DNA from: Aulosira sp. ZfuVER01
GTDB taxonomy: Bacteria; Cyanobacteriota; Cyanobacteriia; Cyanobacteriales; Nostocaceae
Direction: 5' to 3'
Length of the DNA stretch: 64,000 nucleotides
Assembly (NCBI GenBank): GCA_034530615.2
Contig: JAVRCV020000079.1
Location: 1 to 64,000, forward strand
The notes under the pieces: generated by a model
What the model was told of the DNA's origin: nothing
Seen by the model: the letters and a program-made list of their open reading frames with translations, nothing else
Database searches by the model: none
In this document: one piece after another, positions 39,060 to 49,779 of the stretch
How positions within the stretch are numbered: position 1 is the first letter of the stretch
Layout: each line of letters begins with the position of its first letter
Position numbers and translations under genes: made by a program

Positions 39060-39506
39060 CTACTCCGATGGCAATGTAGCAGTAGAGAGCCAAAACTCTT
39101 CAATACCCTTGACGATTTGAAAGAGCTGGCTCAGGTTGCGAGATTTAGTGATGTAGCAATTCACGTGTAAATCGTAACTGTGAAAAATATCATCCTCGTT
39201 TCTGGAGGTTGTGAGTACCACTACCGGAATGCGTTTGAGTGTGGGGTCGCTTTTAATTTCCGCCAGCACCTCACGACCGTCCTTTTTAGGCAGGTTCAAA
39301 TCTAAGAGAATGAGGTCAGGGCGTGGAGCATCGGCATATTCACCTTCTTGGCGTAAATAAGCCATAGCGTCCATGCCATCCCTGACCGTGATCACTTGGT
39401 GTGGCACTGTGCTGTTTTTTAGCGCTTCTTGGATCAGGCGGATATCAGCTTTATTATCCTCGACCAAAAAGATCGTTTTGTGTTTTTCTTCCGTTTCTGC
39501 GCTCAC
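39060..39506 (-). CDS. Phytochrome-associated response regulator (Rcp1/RcpA-like)
   Basis: FLVEDNKAD, PDLILLDLNLPKKDG and FWLSTATLP C-terminus; probable GTG start at 39506 overlaps the end of the phytochrome gene. Confidence 0.9.
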   Translation of the reverse strand: MSAETEEKHKTIFLVEDNKADIRLIQEALKNSTVPHQVITVRDGMDAMAYLRQEGEYADAPRPDLILLDLNLPKKDGREVLAEIKSDPTLKRIPVVVLTTSRNEDDIFHSYDLHVNCYITKSRNLSQLFQIVKGIEEFWLSTATLPSE

Positions 39507-41757
39507 GCTCGCGGCCTCCAACTGGAATCGTAAAGTAGAAGGTTGCACCATCACCCAGTTGTGACTCTACCCAAATTCGTCCTCGATGGCATTCTATAAT
39601 TTTCTTACAGATTGCCAGTCCCATACCAGTACCGGGATATTCTTCTCTGGTGTGTAGACGCTGAAAGATGACGAAAATGCGATCGCTAAATCGTGGATCG
39701 AGTCCAATACCATTATCCCTCACGGAGAACAACCACTCTTCTTCTAATCTTTCGGCTCCGATATGGATTTGTGGCGATTTGTCGCTGCGGAATTTGATGG
39801 CGTTGGCAATTAGGTTCTGAAATAGCTGCATTAATTGTGTACTGTCAGCCATCACAGTAGGTAAGGGGTCATGGGTAATTATTGCCCCAGTTTCATGGAT
39901 GCGTCCGCGCAAATTGCTGAGAGCACGATTTAAAGGTGTTTCTACCTCAGTTAGCCCAAAGGCGATCGCTTGCATATCTACTTTCGAGTACGCTAGTACA
40001 TCATCAATCAGCGTTTGCATGAGACTAACTCCCTCAACGGCAAAGTTAATAAATTCCTTTGCGTCTTCGTCAAGTTCAGCTTCGTAGCGCATCTCTAATA
40101 GCTGCACGTAGTTTGCTACTTGATTTAGCGGTTCTTGCAAATCATGAGAAGCGACATAAGCAAACTTTTTCAGTTCAGCGTTAGAACGTTCTAAATCTTG
40201 CGCTAACTGAGCCAGTTCATCGGCTTGGCGCAAGACAATATTGATGATGGCTTTACGCAGTTCTAAGGCTGCTTTGATTTCAACAAATTGCCAAGGTAAA
40301 GAAGTTAAACGAACAGTTTCTTTCCACAGTTCAAATGACTTTCGGGGAACGAGGCGCAAATTTCCTTCTGATTGATTAACTTCAAATGCCTCATTGGGAT
40401 TTCCTCCCCAATTTACTGTTTGAATTACTTCTGGTCTAAACCACAATACATAATTGCGCTTAGAAATCGGAATAGCTAACAAACCGCTGGCGACATTTTT
40501 AAATTTTTCCGCATCTGGATACATCTGCGGTAGCGAATCTGTATAGAATACTTCTTCATCGACATGGTTCTTTAGCCATTGGAGTAAAAAACTCAAGTCT
40601 TCTTCTTTGGGAGTCTCACCAATAACTGTGCAATTGTCACCAAAACACACAGCTGCTCCTTGCGCACTTGTTAAATCTAGAAGATTCGGCTGGTGTTTAA
40701 CTAACCCATCAATAAAGTTATCCTCTCGCGACATATACTCTATCAAAACTGATTGAATATATGCCAAGTTCATGCGGTAGTCGTAATCTTCAGTTTCTTC
40801 TCTGGCCGAGATTTCTGTAAATATCACTCTTCCCAAAAATTCGCACGCTTTACGCAATTCGTAGGAAACATATTTAGGCGTCTGATGATGACAAGCAATT
40901 AAACCCCAGAGTTGCCCATCTTTAATCAAAGAGATAGTTAAAGAAGCACCTACACCCATGTTGTGCAAGTACTCTAAATGACAAGCGGCTGCACTTCGCA
41001 GAATCGAATTGGTTAAATCAATCGGACGCTGGCTTCCCGGATTATTCACCGGAATCATTTGTACAGGCTCAGAATATGAATCGGGGATTAATCTAATGAA
41101 GTTGGAAGCGAATAATTTTCTGGCTGGTTTGGGAATATCTGACTCTGGGTAATGTAACCCTAAGTACGGTTCCATGCTTTCTAACTTTTCTTCAGCAATG
41201 ACCGAGCCATGCCCGTCTTCATCAAATTTATATAGCATAACTCTGTCAAATCCAGTTACTTTGCGGACTTCCTGGACGATTATTTGACAGAAATCGCGGA
41301 GATTAGTTGTTTTTTCTAGCTGGTTAATAGAAGCTCTAGCTAGATGATAGAAACTTAAAAATGGGATATTTTCTTGAGAAATAGCTGGCTCTAATTCTAA
41401 AATCAAAATTCCTTCGGGATTGCGATGAAAAATTGCATCAAATACTACGTAATCATCGCCTTTTCTTCTCACCCAGACTTTAACTGGATTAATATAATCA
41501 AGATTGCCAGATATTATGCCTGCTTTAATTCTTTCTATTTGGAAAGGATCGAGTAAGTCTTCTAGTTTTTTTTGCAATACATTTTCGGGCGATATTCCGA
41601 AAACATTCCATGTATTATTGCTAACTTGTAATATTTTTAGCTCTGGCTCCTCCAATACCAACAGGACGCCATGAGCTTGAATTCGACTAGAAATATGAAT
41701 TGGTGCTTCTTTCAAGCTACTGACATTAATACCTTGCACTTCTAATTCTGTCGTCAT
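39454..41757 (-). CDS. aphA: Cyanobacterial phytochrome (Cph1/AphA/CphA type) PAS-GAF-PHY-HK
   Basis: IQAHG, DRVMLYKF, ESDIPKPAR, ACHLEYL (GAF Cys for PCB), PRKSF and ASHDLQEPL. Confidence 0.9.
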   Translation of the reverse strand: MTTELEVQGINVSSLKEAPIHISSRIQAHGVLLVLEEPELKILQVSNNTWNVFGISPENVLQKKLEDLLDPFQIERIKAGIISGNLDYINPVKVWVRRKGDDYVVFDAIFHRNPEGILILELEPAISQENIPFLSFYHLARASINQLEKTTNLRDFCQIIVQEVRKVTGFDRVMLYKFDEDGHGSVIAEEKLESMEPYLGLHYPESDIPKPARKLFASNFIRLIPDSYSEPVQMIPVNNPGSQRPIDLTNSILRSAAACHLEYLHNMGVGASLTISLIKDGQLWGLIACHHQTPKYVSYELRKACEFLGRVIFTEISAREETEDYDYRMNLAYIQSVLIEYMSREDNFIDGLVKHQPNLLDLTSAQGAAVCFGDNCTVIGETPKEEDLSFLLQWLKNHVDEEVFYTDSLPQMYPDAEKFKNVASGLLAIPISKRNYVLWFRPEVIQTVNWGGNPNEAFEVNQSEGNLRLVPRKSFELWKETVRLTSLPWQFVEIKAALELRKAIINIVLRQADELAQLAQDLERSNAELKKFAYVASHDLQEPLNQVANYVQLLEMRYEAELDEDAKEFINFAVEGVSLMQTLIDDVLAYSKVDMQAIAFGLTEVETPLNRALSNLRGRIHETGAIITHDPLPTVMADSTQLMQLFQNLIANAIKFRSDKSPQIHIGAERLEEEWLFSVRDNGIGLDPRFSDRIFVIFQRLHTREEYPGTGMGLAICKKIIECHRGRIWVESQLGDGATFYFTIPVGGRERERRNGRKTQNDLFGRG

Positions 41758-42608
41758 TACGATTCTCCTCTATTGGATGGGAGCATCAAAAGTAATGTAT
41801 CAATAAGCTTTGATAGATTATTGAAGTTTGCCTACTACTTTAGATGTTTCAAGTTTATTTACAAATAGTGAGATAAATGCCTAGGCTGGAATCACTTTTT
41901 TGAGCGATATAGGGTGAAAAATGTCCCAATTGCCAAAGGCAGGGAATTAACAATCAAATCCGAAAAAATTTATAAATCACTATTATATATCATTATTTCC
42001 TATATACTTAATTCCCCATTTACTGCGCTATCTTAATTATTTTTATGCTGAGAATTTTTAAATTTTCAGTAGCATCACGCAGTATCCCCCTTGTCTGCAA
42101 TTCACAGTTTAACAGCCAGTAAACTTATGTAGGGATAAGAAATATAAATAATTAGTGATTAGCTAAACCGCAAACTGTGTAGTTGTATGAAGTTAAGTTT
42201 GCGGTTAGCAATTCAAACAGAATTTAACAGAAAAAATCTCCCAATATCAATGATTATAACTGCTGAGTATGCTGGAATTAAATGCTTAACAGATGATTCT
42301 CAGGACAAAATATAAAATACATAATTATTAATGCTTTGTCTTTTTCCTCAACCAATGCACATTTAACTTATACAAAAAAGCGATCGCAAAACCTTGAGAT
42401 TTTTTATTCCCAGCAGAAAAGATTACCTATCAAGATAAAGAAAGGCAGAGGGACGACGAGGGCAGAAGGTTCGGAGTATCAATAAGAACTTTAGTTGTGG
42501 AGATAAAGCCTACTAAAAAATAAGATGTATTTCGAGATGTGCAGCGCAAGAAATACTACGTCCTTGTTTTAATCCCACTATTTGCGCGTGGGTTCCTTCT
42601 GCCTTCTG

Positions 42609-42648
42609 AAAAAAATTTAACCGCCATCAATGATTCGGTGGCGGCTTT
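42609..42648 (-). terminator. Probable intrinsic terminator
   Basis: ccgccatc...ggtggcgg stem with an A-run on the left (U-tract on the minus strand), downstream of the small ORF. Confidence 0.5.
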
Positions 42649-42724
42649 GTACTCTATATCAATTACTTAATTTACAACTACGAAGAATGCCAATTCTGAA
42701 GAATAAGCATACTTAATGTTCGCT

Positions 42725-42925
42725 TTATCTGAGCAATCTTGTTACTCTAACATCGTATTCAGTGCCTTGTGGATGCTCGCTTCTAGCTTTTTGGAATGCC
42801 ATACCATCAGCCTTTTCTTTTGAAGGAGCGTCGATTTCGTACCTTGTTGTGCCGCGTTGAAAGTTATTGTTCGCTAGGTCAGCAAATTCCTTAATATCAA
42901 CTAATACTTCGTATGTGTGAACCAT
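42725..42925 (-). CDS. Small hypothetical protein (66 aa)
   Basis: ATG at 42925 with GGAGG RBS; MVHTYEVLVDIKE...VRVTRLLR. Confidence 0.75.
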   Translation of the reverse strand: MVHTYEVLVDIKEFADLANNNFQRGTTRYEIDAPSKEKADGMAFQKARSEHPQGTEYDVRVTRLLR

Positions 42926-43175
42926 TTTGGCACCTCCAAATGTGCAGTATGCACGTGAATGGGGAACACCATCAGTATATGAGCAGACAGAGGTGTCAGT
43001 TCTCAGACTAATATAATTCTTTATTGAAAACGTATATCTTACTAACAATTTTGTTAAGAAAAGTAAAGCAATCGTTGCTACCACTAGCTCCTTATAGATA
43101 AGGATTTTTGACGCTTGGGTAATTCATGCGATCGCAGTGAAAAATCTCCCAAGCTTATTATGACAGATTTCAAAT

Positions 43176-43613
43176 TTATTGATCTATTTGTTGAGAATTT
43201 ACATATTTTTGTTGTAATTCATGAGGAATTGGTACAGGGCGACCATTTTGAAAACTTACAAATGCACCTTTTTGTGTAGCTACTGCTGCTATAACATTGT
43301 TAGCTAATATTTCTGCTTGTACAGTCCACTTTAAACGCCCCAAATTACCTACCCATAAACGACCTATAACTCGATCAATTAATTTGACAGGCCGTTTATA
43401 TTCAATTTCAGTACCTGCAATCACAGGGATATATCCTTGGTCGATTTGTGTCTCAATAGGTAAATGTTCTTTTAAGAATTTTAATCGTAAATCTTCTAGC
43501 CATCTGATATAAACTATGTTGCTGACAATGCCAGCAAAATCAATATCATAAGTTCTCACAGGTATGGCAAGCTCTACTTCTAGTGGTCTGTGCAGGTTTT
43601 CAGGTAATGACAT
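43176..43613 (-). CDS. Acyl-CoA thioesterase (4HBT/YbgC hotdog family)
   Basis: VRTYDIDFAGIVSNIVYIRWLE motif. Confidence 0.9.
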   Translation of the reverse strand: MSLPENLHRPLEVELAIPVRTYDIDFAGIVSNIVYIRWLEDLRLKFLKEHLPIETQIDQGYIPVIAGTEIEYKRPVKLIDRVIGRLWVGNLGRLKWTVQAEILANNVIAAVATQKGAFVSFQNGRPVPIPHELQQKYVNSQQIDQ

Positions 43614-43639
43614 AATTAGCTCTAAATTTGGTAAATAAA

Positions 43640-43649
43640 ACCGAACGGT
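43640..43649. promoter_or_regulatory. Putative TetR operator ACCG-N2-CGGT upstream of thioesterase
   Basis: aaaACCGAACGGTctttt; same core as at 44271. Confidence 0.6.
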
Positions 43650-43669
43650 CTTTTATTTGTCAAAAAAAA

Positions 43670-44257
43670 TCAAAGATGATTGCCTATGTATTGATTTAGG
43701 TGATTAATTGCTCTTTGAATATGCAGTGAATCTCCATATAACTTACTCATTACAATTGCTCCTTCTAAAGTTGCAATTATGATAGTGGCGACTTCATCTG
43801 CATCAACTCCAGAGCGAATTTCACCTCTAGATATTCCCTTCTCAATAATTAGACAGATAAGTTGACGCCAAGAATCCATCCCCTGTTGCGCACGTTTTCG
43901 TAATGCTGGATGAGCATCATCACTCTCAATAGCAGTATTCAATATTGGACAGCCTCCTTTAATCGGTGGGTTATCTACAAAACTGCTAAATACCCCAATG
44001 ATTGCTTGTAGACGATCTATCGCATGATGTTTGCTGCGTAATGCCGCTCTGGTATGCTGGCTAACGCAAGCGATCGCAAAGTCAAAAGCCTGTAATGCTA
44101 GATCATCTTTACTTTGGAAGTGATTGTAAATTCCTCCTTTCTGCAAACCAGTAACACGCATAATGTCGGAAATTGACGAGCCAGCATACCCCTGTTGATT
44201 AAACAGTTCGGCTGCTTGCTGAAGAATTTTTGCTTTTGTTTCTTCGCCTTTAGACAT
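43670..44257 (-). CDS. TetR/AcrR family regulator (LmrA/YxaF-like)
   Basis: MSKGEETKAKIL..GIYNHFQSKDDL HTH and GGCP motif; ATG at 44257. Confidence 0.93.
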   Translation of the reverse strand: MSKGEETKAKILQQAAELFNQQGYAGSSISDIMRVTGLQKGGIYNHFQSKDDLALQAFDFAIACVSQHTRAALRSKHHAIDRLQAIIGVFSSFVDNPPIKGGCPILNTAIESDDAHPALRKRAQQGMDSWRQLICLIIEKGISRGEIRSGVDADEVATIIIATLEGAIVMSKLYGDSLHIQRAINHLNQYIGNHL

Positions 44258-44270
44258 GAAAACTTTTCCG

Positions 44271-44280
44271 ACCGATCGGT
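44271..44280. promoter_or_regulatory. Putative TetR autoregulatory operator ACCGATCGGT
   Basis: Perfect 10-bp palindrome about 14 bp upstream of the TetR start. Confidence 0.6.
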
Positions 44281-44556
44281 TTGAGTTTAGCACGATGGTT
44301 ATTGGGCAATCAAGGGCTTTGTCATAGATATATGAGAATATCTGCATATTGAGGTAAGCGATTCAGGCAAATGGTAACTCTTGAATGACATATAATTTGC
44401 CGATGCGATCAATTAATTTTTCGCTCTACACATACTGTAAATTTTAAATCTACACTCATCAGTCTTTAGGATAATTGGATACAGCCCTTAGGAAGATGAA
44501 ATAGACAAAAGTGAATCCTAAAGTAATCTGGGATGTCTGTTTAAGCACCAGGATAT

Positions 44557-44587
44557 GAGAAGGCTTAACTTAATGTTGAGCCTTTTT
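44557..44587. terminator. Probable terminator hairpin downstream of SDR
   Basis: aaggcttaac-ttaat-gttgagcctt ttt. Confidence 0.5.
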
Positions 44588-44630
44588 CTTATCGTTTGTA
44601 AATGCGATCGCATCCCAAAAATTTGCGCTA

Positions 44631-45449
44631 TTAATTAACAGTTGGTTGCGAGAACAACTTCTCCCAGTCAATTACAGGTGGTCTTGTTCCTTTGTTCACC
44701 AAATCAAAAATTTGCCTTTCAGTGGCTGGGTGGAAAAGACATTCCACACAAGCTGCGGCCACGTCAATTCGGCTAGCATCACCTAAGAGTTTATCGCCCT
44801 TACCAATTACCACACCCAACTTGCTGTCTGTTTTTGCTTGAAAAAGAGTGTTGAGGTCGTATGAGGTATAAGGCCCATCAATCAAACGTCCGGGACGGAT
44901 AATGGTGTAGGGTAATCCCGAATTAATGATGGCTTCTTCACCTTTTTGTTTGGCATCAAGTACACCAAAGCTATTGAGAATACTAAAAGGCAGTTGATCC
45001 TTACGCAGAACACCGGAAGAAGAAACAAAAACAAATCTTTGGAGATTGGGAGGTGCTGCTGCTACCAAATTACTAACACCTTCGGCATCAACCTTAGTTG
45101 GACTGTTCTTGGCCCTGGAATCCCGAAGTTTTTGGTCAACAAGCAACTGCACCCATTCAATCCAACTAGGGCTGGGGTCAAACTCCCATCTGCTAGAAGG
45201 AAAAGCAGTAGTGCCAGTACAACAGATAATATGAGTGACATTCTGCATTGCAGCTGGAAGTGTAGCCCGGTCGCGGATATCACCGACAGCAACTTCCACT
45301 TTGTTATTAAACATTTTTTGGGCTTTTGCCGTATTACGTGTCAGGATGCGAACCCCTAAGCCTTTATCTAGCAGTTCACTCACCACAAGTTGCCCTACTC
45401 CACCAGTAGCACCAACCACCAGTACCAAATCCTTAACTGAAGAAGTCAT
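44631..45449 (-). CDS. Atypical SDR / NAD(P)-binding Rossmann protein
   Basis: VLVVGATGGVG, YTIIRPGRL and SRIDVA. Confidence 0.9.
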   Translation of the reverse strand: MTSSVKDLVLVVGATGGVGQLVVSELLDKGLGVRILTRNTAKAQKMFNNKVEVAVGDIRDRATLPAAMQNVTHIICCTGTTAFPSSRWEFDPSPSWIEWVQLLVDQKLRDSRAKNSPTKVDAEGVSNLVAAAPPNLQRFVFVSSSGVLRKDQLPFSILNSFGVLDAKQKGEEAIINSGLPYTIIRPGRLIDGPYTSYDLNTLFQAKTDSKLGVVIGKGDKLLGDASRIDVAAACVECLFHPATERQIFDLVNKGTRPPVIDWEKLFSQPTVN

Positions 45450-45869
45450 AATTGCCCCTAAGATCGTCTATTGCTAATCTAATCAAAAATGCCGTTCCAG
45501 CCATCACTCTCAGGGTGCGGGAATTTTAGATGTGAAATTCTGCATTGGAATATTTGCTAATTTAAAATTCAAAATTGATTGACAATCAAAAGCCCAGTCA
45601 AAACGACCAGGCTTTTGTAAGGGGCTATATTACCCAAACAGTTAAATATAGTAAGTTAGCTATAAATCAATATCCATTTATCATAGAAATTACTACCACA
45701 GTCAGATTGTTAATTCCCCAAAATTTAGACACAAATTTTTAGGATATTTCACAAACCTAATTGCTTGAGCAATTCATTGATGCTGACTCTAGTAACTATG
45801 ACTAAGAGAGCAAAATCGTTGAGCGAACTGTTGAGTAAGTTGACAAAATATAATGATAAGATTCCGTAA

Positions 45870-46365
45870 TTCAATGTTGGGAATGGACAAGGAGTCTTTT
45901 TTACTAATCCTGAGGGAATTGAAAACATCTTCAGTCGAGTGACTGGAACTAACCCTTCAGCGATTGTTGGGACTGTTGGTGTCAACGGTGGAAGCAAAGC
46001 AGTAGGAGTTGAAACATGAAGCTGCTGGTTCGGTTAATGGCGATCGCATAAATACACGAGCCATTGAATTATTAACCCTGAGTGCTTGTGAAACCGCAAC
46101 TGGCGACAAACGAGCCACATTAGGTTTAGCGGGAATTGCAGTCCGAGCCGGAGCGCGCAGCACATCAACGACACTTTGGCAAGTAAAAGATGAATCTACG
46201 GCTGCATTTGCTATTCAATTTTATAAAGTTTTAAAAGATAACAAGTTGACAAAAGCTCAAGCACTGCGACAAGCGCAACTGTATCTGATGGAGAAGCATC
46301 CTAATACTAATTATCGGCTACCTTATTATTGGGCACCCTTCGTTTTAGTGGGCAATTGGTTGTAG
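45870..46365 (+). pseudogene. Deletion scar: FHA N-terminal fragment abutting CHAT-domain C-terminal fragment
   Basis: 45870-46018 reads FNVGNGQGVFFTNPEGIENIFSRVTG with no start; 46009-46365 contains LSACETATGD and PYYWAPFVLVGNWL but lacks the CHAT N-terminal half. Confidence 0.85.
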
Positions 46366-46666
46366 TAGTTCATCACAAAAGTTTTGATTGGTAAACTCAT
46401 TCTTAATTTTTCTTCTCTTATTTTCTTCGTGTACTTCGCGTCCTAGCCTGCGGCAACGGCTTTGCCGAACGCGGTTCGTTCCTCAACCCCATCATATTTA
46501 ACGCGATGAACCAGTCGCTTATATTTTGCGCCATTGTAAGCAAGAAAGTTTACACTCAAATAAAGCCCATTGTTGAGTAGCAATGGCTTTTTTATCTAGG
46601 ATGCTCTACCTGTGACAAACATTTTTTGAAATAGCATTAGAAAATTTTTACACAACAACCCCCAGC

Positions 46667-48322
46667 ATGAAACGAACTAGAAAGTCTCTGCTATTAGCCT
46701 TGAACTGGGTGTTACTCTCATTTAGCACATCAATTTTAATTATCCTCACCCAGCCTACAGCACCCGTTCCTGCACAAGAACCTGTTACATCTGCACAAAA
46801 GACCAGAGAAGAACAGTTACAAGAAGTACTGCAACGTTCATCAACTCCTAATCCAACTGAGACTCCAAAGCCAGTTTTCATACCACAAACTATTCCTACA
46901 CCCAAACCTGAAGTTATAGATCTGAAAAAGCCTGATGCGGCCGAAGAACCAGCACCTACGCCTGAAGAAATCGCCCGTCAGCAAAAATTTATCGAAGCAG
47001 ACAAGCTTTACCTGGCGGGACAATTTGCAGAAGCGGAAAAAATCTATCGCGAGGTGAAAGAACCTTTTGCTAAAACAACTCAACCTCAAGAACGGAAAGC
47101 AGCAATCATCGATCCAACGCAACTATCCCCGGGAGGAAAGGTATATTGGCGAGAATCGGAGGCGGGGATAGCCAAAAAGTTGCAATCAAGAACTTTAGTA
47201 CCACTGCAACTATTGGTTGAGCAATATCCAGAATTTATCCCCGGACATATTAGATTTGCAGAAGTCCTCAAACAATACGATAGCTCTCAACAAGCATTAG
47301 ATATATTAGAACGGGCAGCTTCTCTTTATCCAGACCAACCAGAATTAACTAAAGTTAGAGTCGCAGCACTCGCTGAAGCCAAAAAATGGATGGAAGCTTC
47401 CTTAGCGGCGCGTCAATTTGCTATTCTCAACCCCAAAGATCCACAAGCACCTGAGTTTACCAAATTAGCCGAAGACAATCTCAAACGTTATAAAAGCCAT
47501 ATTCAAGCAGAAATTCGAGGTAATGCGATCGCTAATATTCTCACAGGTGCATTAGGCTACGCTGTCACAGGTAGTTTATTTGGCCCCTTTTCTGCCCTTG
47601 ACTCTACCATCTTGCTACTACGGGGTGAAGAATCGATTGGGGAATCAGTCGCCAAGCAAGCAAAACAACAACTCAAACTCATTACCGATGAAACAGTTGT
47701 TGGCTACGTTAATGAAATCGGACAAAAACTAGCAAAGGTAGCCGGACGGAATGAGTTTAAATACGAATTTTTTGTAGTTCCCCAAGAAGACCTCAACGCC
47801 TTTGCACTTCCTGGAGGGAAAATCTTTATTAATGCAGGTGCGATCGCCAAAACAAATTCCGAAGCAGAATTAGCTGGGTTAATCGGCCATGAATTATCTC
47901 ATGTAGTTTTATCTCATGGTTTTCAACTAGTCACCCAAGGCAACTTTGTCTCTAACATTACTCAGTATATTCCCTTAGGAGGGATCATCGGTCAACTTTC
48001 GTCACTTAGTTATAGCCGCGATATGGAACGTCAAGCAGATACCCTCGGTACACGCCTAATTGTCGCCAGTGGTTATGCTGCTGATGGCTTGCGTAACTTA
48101 ATGCTGACACTAGAAAAACAACAAAAAAATACTCCTCCGAGTTGGTTATCTTCTCACCCTGGCGGTAGTGAGCGAGTCAGTTATCTAGAAGATATGATTA
48201 CCAATAGCAGCTACAACCGCTACACCTACGAAGGAGTAGAACATCACGCGCAAATTAGAACTAAGGTAAAACAGCTACTCAAAGAGAAAAAAGAACAAGA
48301 AGAAAAAAAACGGCGTTCTTAA
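46667..48322 (+). CDS. M48-family Zn metalloprotease with TPR-like region
   Basis: NAFALPGG, HELSH, YSRDMERQAD and SSHP. Confidence 0.92.
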   Translation: MKRTRKSLLLALNWVLLSFSTSILIILTQPTAPVPAQEPVTSAQKTREEQLQEVLQRSSTPNPTETPKPVFIPQTIPTPKPEVIDLKKPDAAEEPAPTPEEIARQQKFIEADKLYLAGQFAEAEKIYREVKEPFAKTTQPQERKAAIIDPTQLSPGGKVYWRESEAGIAKKLQSRTLVPLQLLVEQYPEFIPGHIRFAEVLKQYDSSQQALDILERAASLYPDQPELTKVRVAALAEAKKWMEASLAARQFAILNPKDPQAPEFTKLAEDNLKRYKSHIQAEIRGNAIANILTGALGYAVTGSLFGPFSALDSTILLLRGEESIGESVAKQAKQQLKLITDETVVGYVNEIGQKLAKVAGRNEFKYEFFVVPQEDLNAFALPGGKIFINAGAIAKTNSEAELAGLIGHELSHVVLSHGFQLVTQGNFVSNITQYIPLGGIIGQLSSLSYSRDMERQADTLGTRLIVASGYAADGLRNLMLTLEKQQKNTPPSWLSSHPGGSERVSYLEDMITNSSYNRYTYEGVEHHAQIRTKVKQLLKEKKEQEEKKRRS

Positions 48323-48393
48323 TGAACTAAAAACAAATTTTTTCGTCACTTAAGCTATCAATACCCCTACCTATTTCCCATTGAGGATGATTT

Positions 48394-49188
48394 ATGTCAT
48401 CGCAAGCCCTGAAGTTTATTTTGTTGAGTAGTTTAGGTTTATCTTGTTTCCTTGGCAATTCTGTAGCATTTGCCCAAGTTGATAGTTCTGGTGGCGTTGT
48501 CGTACCAACAGAACCAACAGGCTCATCAACACCAACAGGTACACCAATACCAACAGGTACACAAACCAGCACAACATCTTCACCCACCGCTGATGGTATA
48601 ACGCGGTTTAGTTGTCAGTTGTATAACGGTCAATATACCGTGATGTATCAGCCACAAAGCCAACCAGGTCAATTCTTTGCTTGGGCTGCACCTGCGGCTT
48701 TGGGTGGTGGCTGGGACCCACAAAAGCGCTGTGCAACCATTGCCCAACGCTTAGAAATGTATCGTCCAGATGGCTTACAAGAACTCCAAATAGCCAGAGA
48801 GAATAACGAGAATATTGTCTGCGTTACAACTGAAGCTAATTCAACCTGCCGAATTGTACTCACAGTACCCCGTGACAAAGACCCTTATACTATTCGCAAT
48901 AGCATCTTCCAAAACTTAACCACTGCTGACAGCGGACAGCAAACTATCGCCGTTAACACCTATCGCAACAATCAAAGTGGAGTAGGTGATTTATATAATA
49001 TAGGTCGCACGCTTCTGGGTGGTAATCGGGTTTCTTCATCTAAAAATGATATCAATCTCAAACCTTTCCTAGATCGCAAAGATGGCGGTACTGGTAGCGG
49101 ATTGAAAAATGGTGTAGCACTGCGTAATCGTTCCAATAGCCAGCAACCTAATAGCGTTCGCCTCGACCCCAAGAAATTCCGCCGTTAA
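48394..49188 (+). CDS. COP23-domain secreted protein
   Basis: Signal peptide, RFSCQ, GGWDPQKRCATIAQRL and NIVCV. Confidence 0.8.
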   Translation: MSSQALKFILLSSLGLSCFLGNSVAFAQVDSSGGVVVPTEPTGSSTPTGTPIPTGTQTSTTSSPTADGITRFSCQLYNGQYTVMYQPQSQPGQFFAWAAPAALGGGWDPQKRCATIAQRLEMYRPDGLQELQIARENNENIVCVTTEANSTCRIVLTVPRDKDPYTIRNSIFQNLTTADSGQQTIAVNTYRNNQSGVGDLYNIGRTLLGGNRVSSSKNDINLKPFLDRKDGGTGSGLKNGVALRNRSNSQQPNSVRLDPKKFRR

Positions 49189-49211
49189 CTTATTGGCCAT
49201 ATTTTTCTATT

Positions 49212-49246
49212 AAAACGCGCTGACAGATCCTTTGCAGCGCGTTTTT
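49212..49246 (+). terminator. Intrinsic terminator
   Basis: aaaacgcgctg...cagcgcgttttt about 24 bp after the COP23 stop. Confidence 0.75.
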
Positions 49247-49779
49247 GTATTTTTTTATACTTTTGGCGAAATGCTACGTATAGCAACAGTATTTAGGCGA
49301 TCGTGTCTAGTTAAACTACTACTACTTTTAACAGATTGAATCATTTTTAGTATTGTGCTTTTGGGCAGACTACCCTAGAAAGAGCAAACAATATTAATAG
49401 ATATTCTACTAAAATATACCTCTTCCTAAAGTTAATGCTTGGTATATCAAACCACAGATAACTATAGATTCACATAGATAAATCTCAGTAGTTATTGTTA
49501 AGCTAGATGCGGATATTTGCAAGCAGTCTGTAGCTTTGCACATACGCTGATAGATTATCCCAGTAAAAACCACTGTATATTTTTAATTGTGGTTTGAGAA
49601 TTTTGCCTAGCAAAAATAGCTTGCTTTTGACTGAATATATGTCTTTGCTGCAAGAAAATCTGTTTTATAATCTGCAAAGGTTTAAAAAATTATTTATTTT
49701 ATTTCCCTGTAGCGGTTAACAGTCATCTCGATCAGATGCTCTAGCTAGGCTGTCATGCAGTCACGTTGAGGAATGCACA

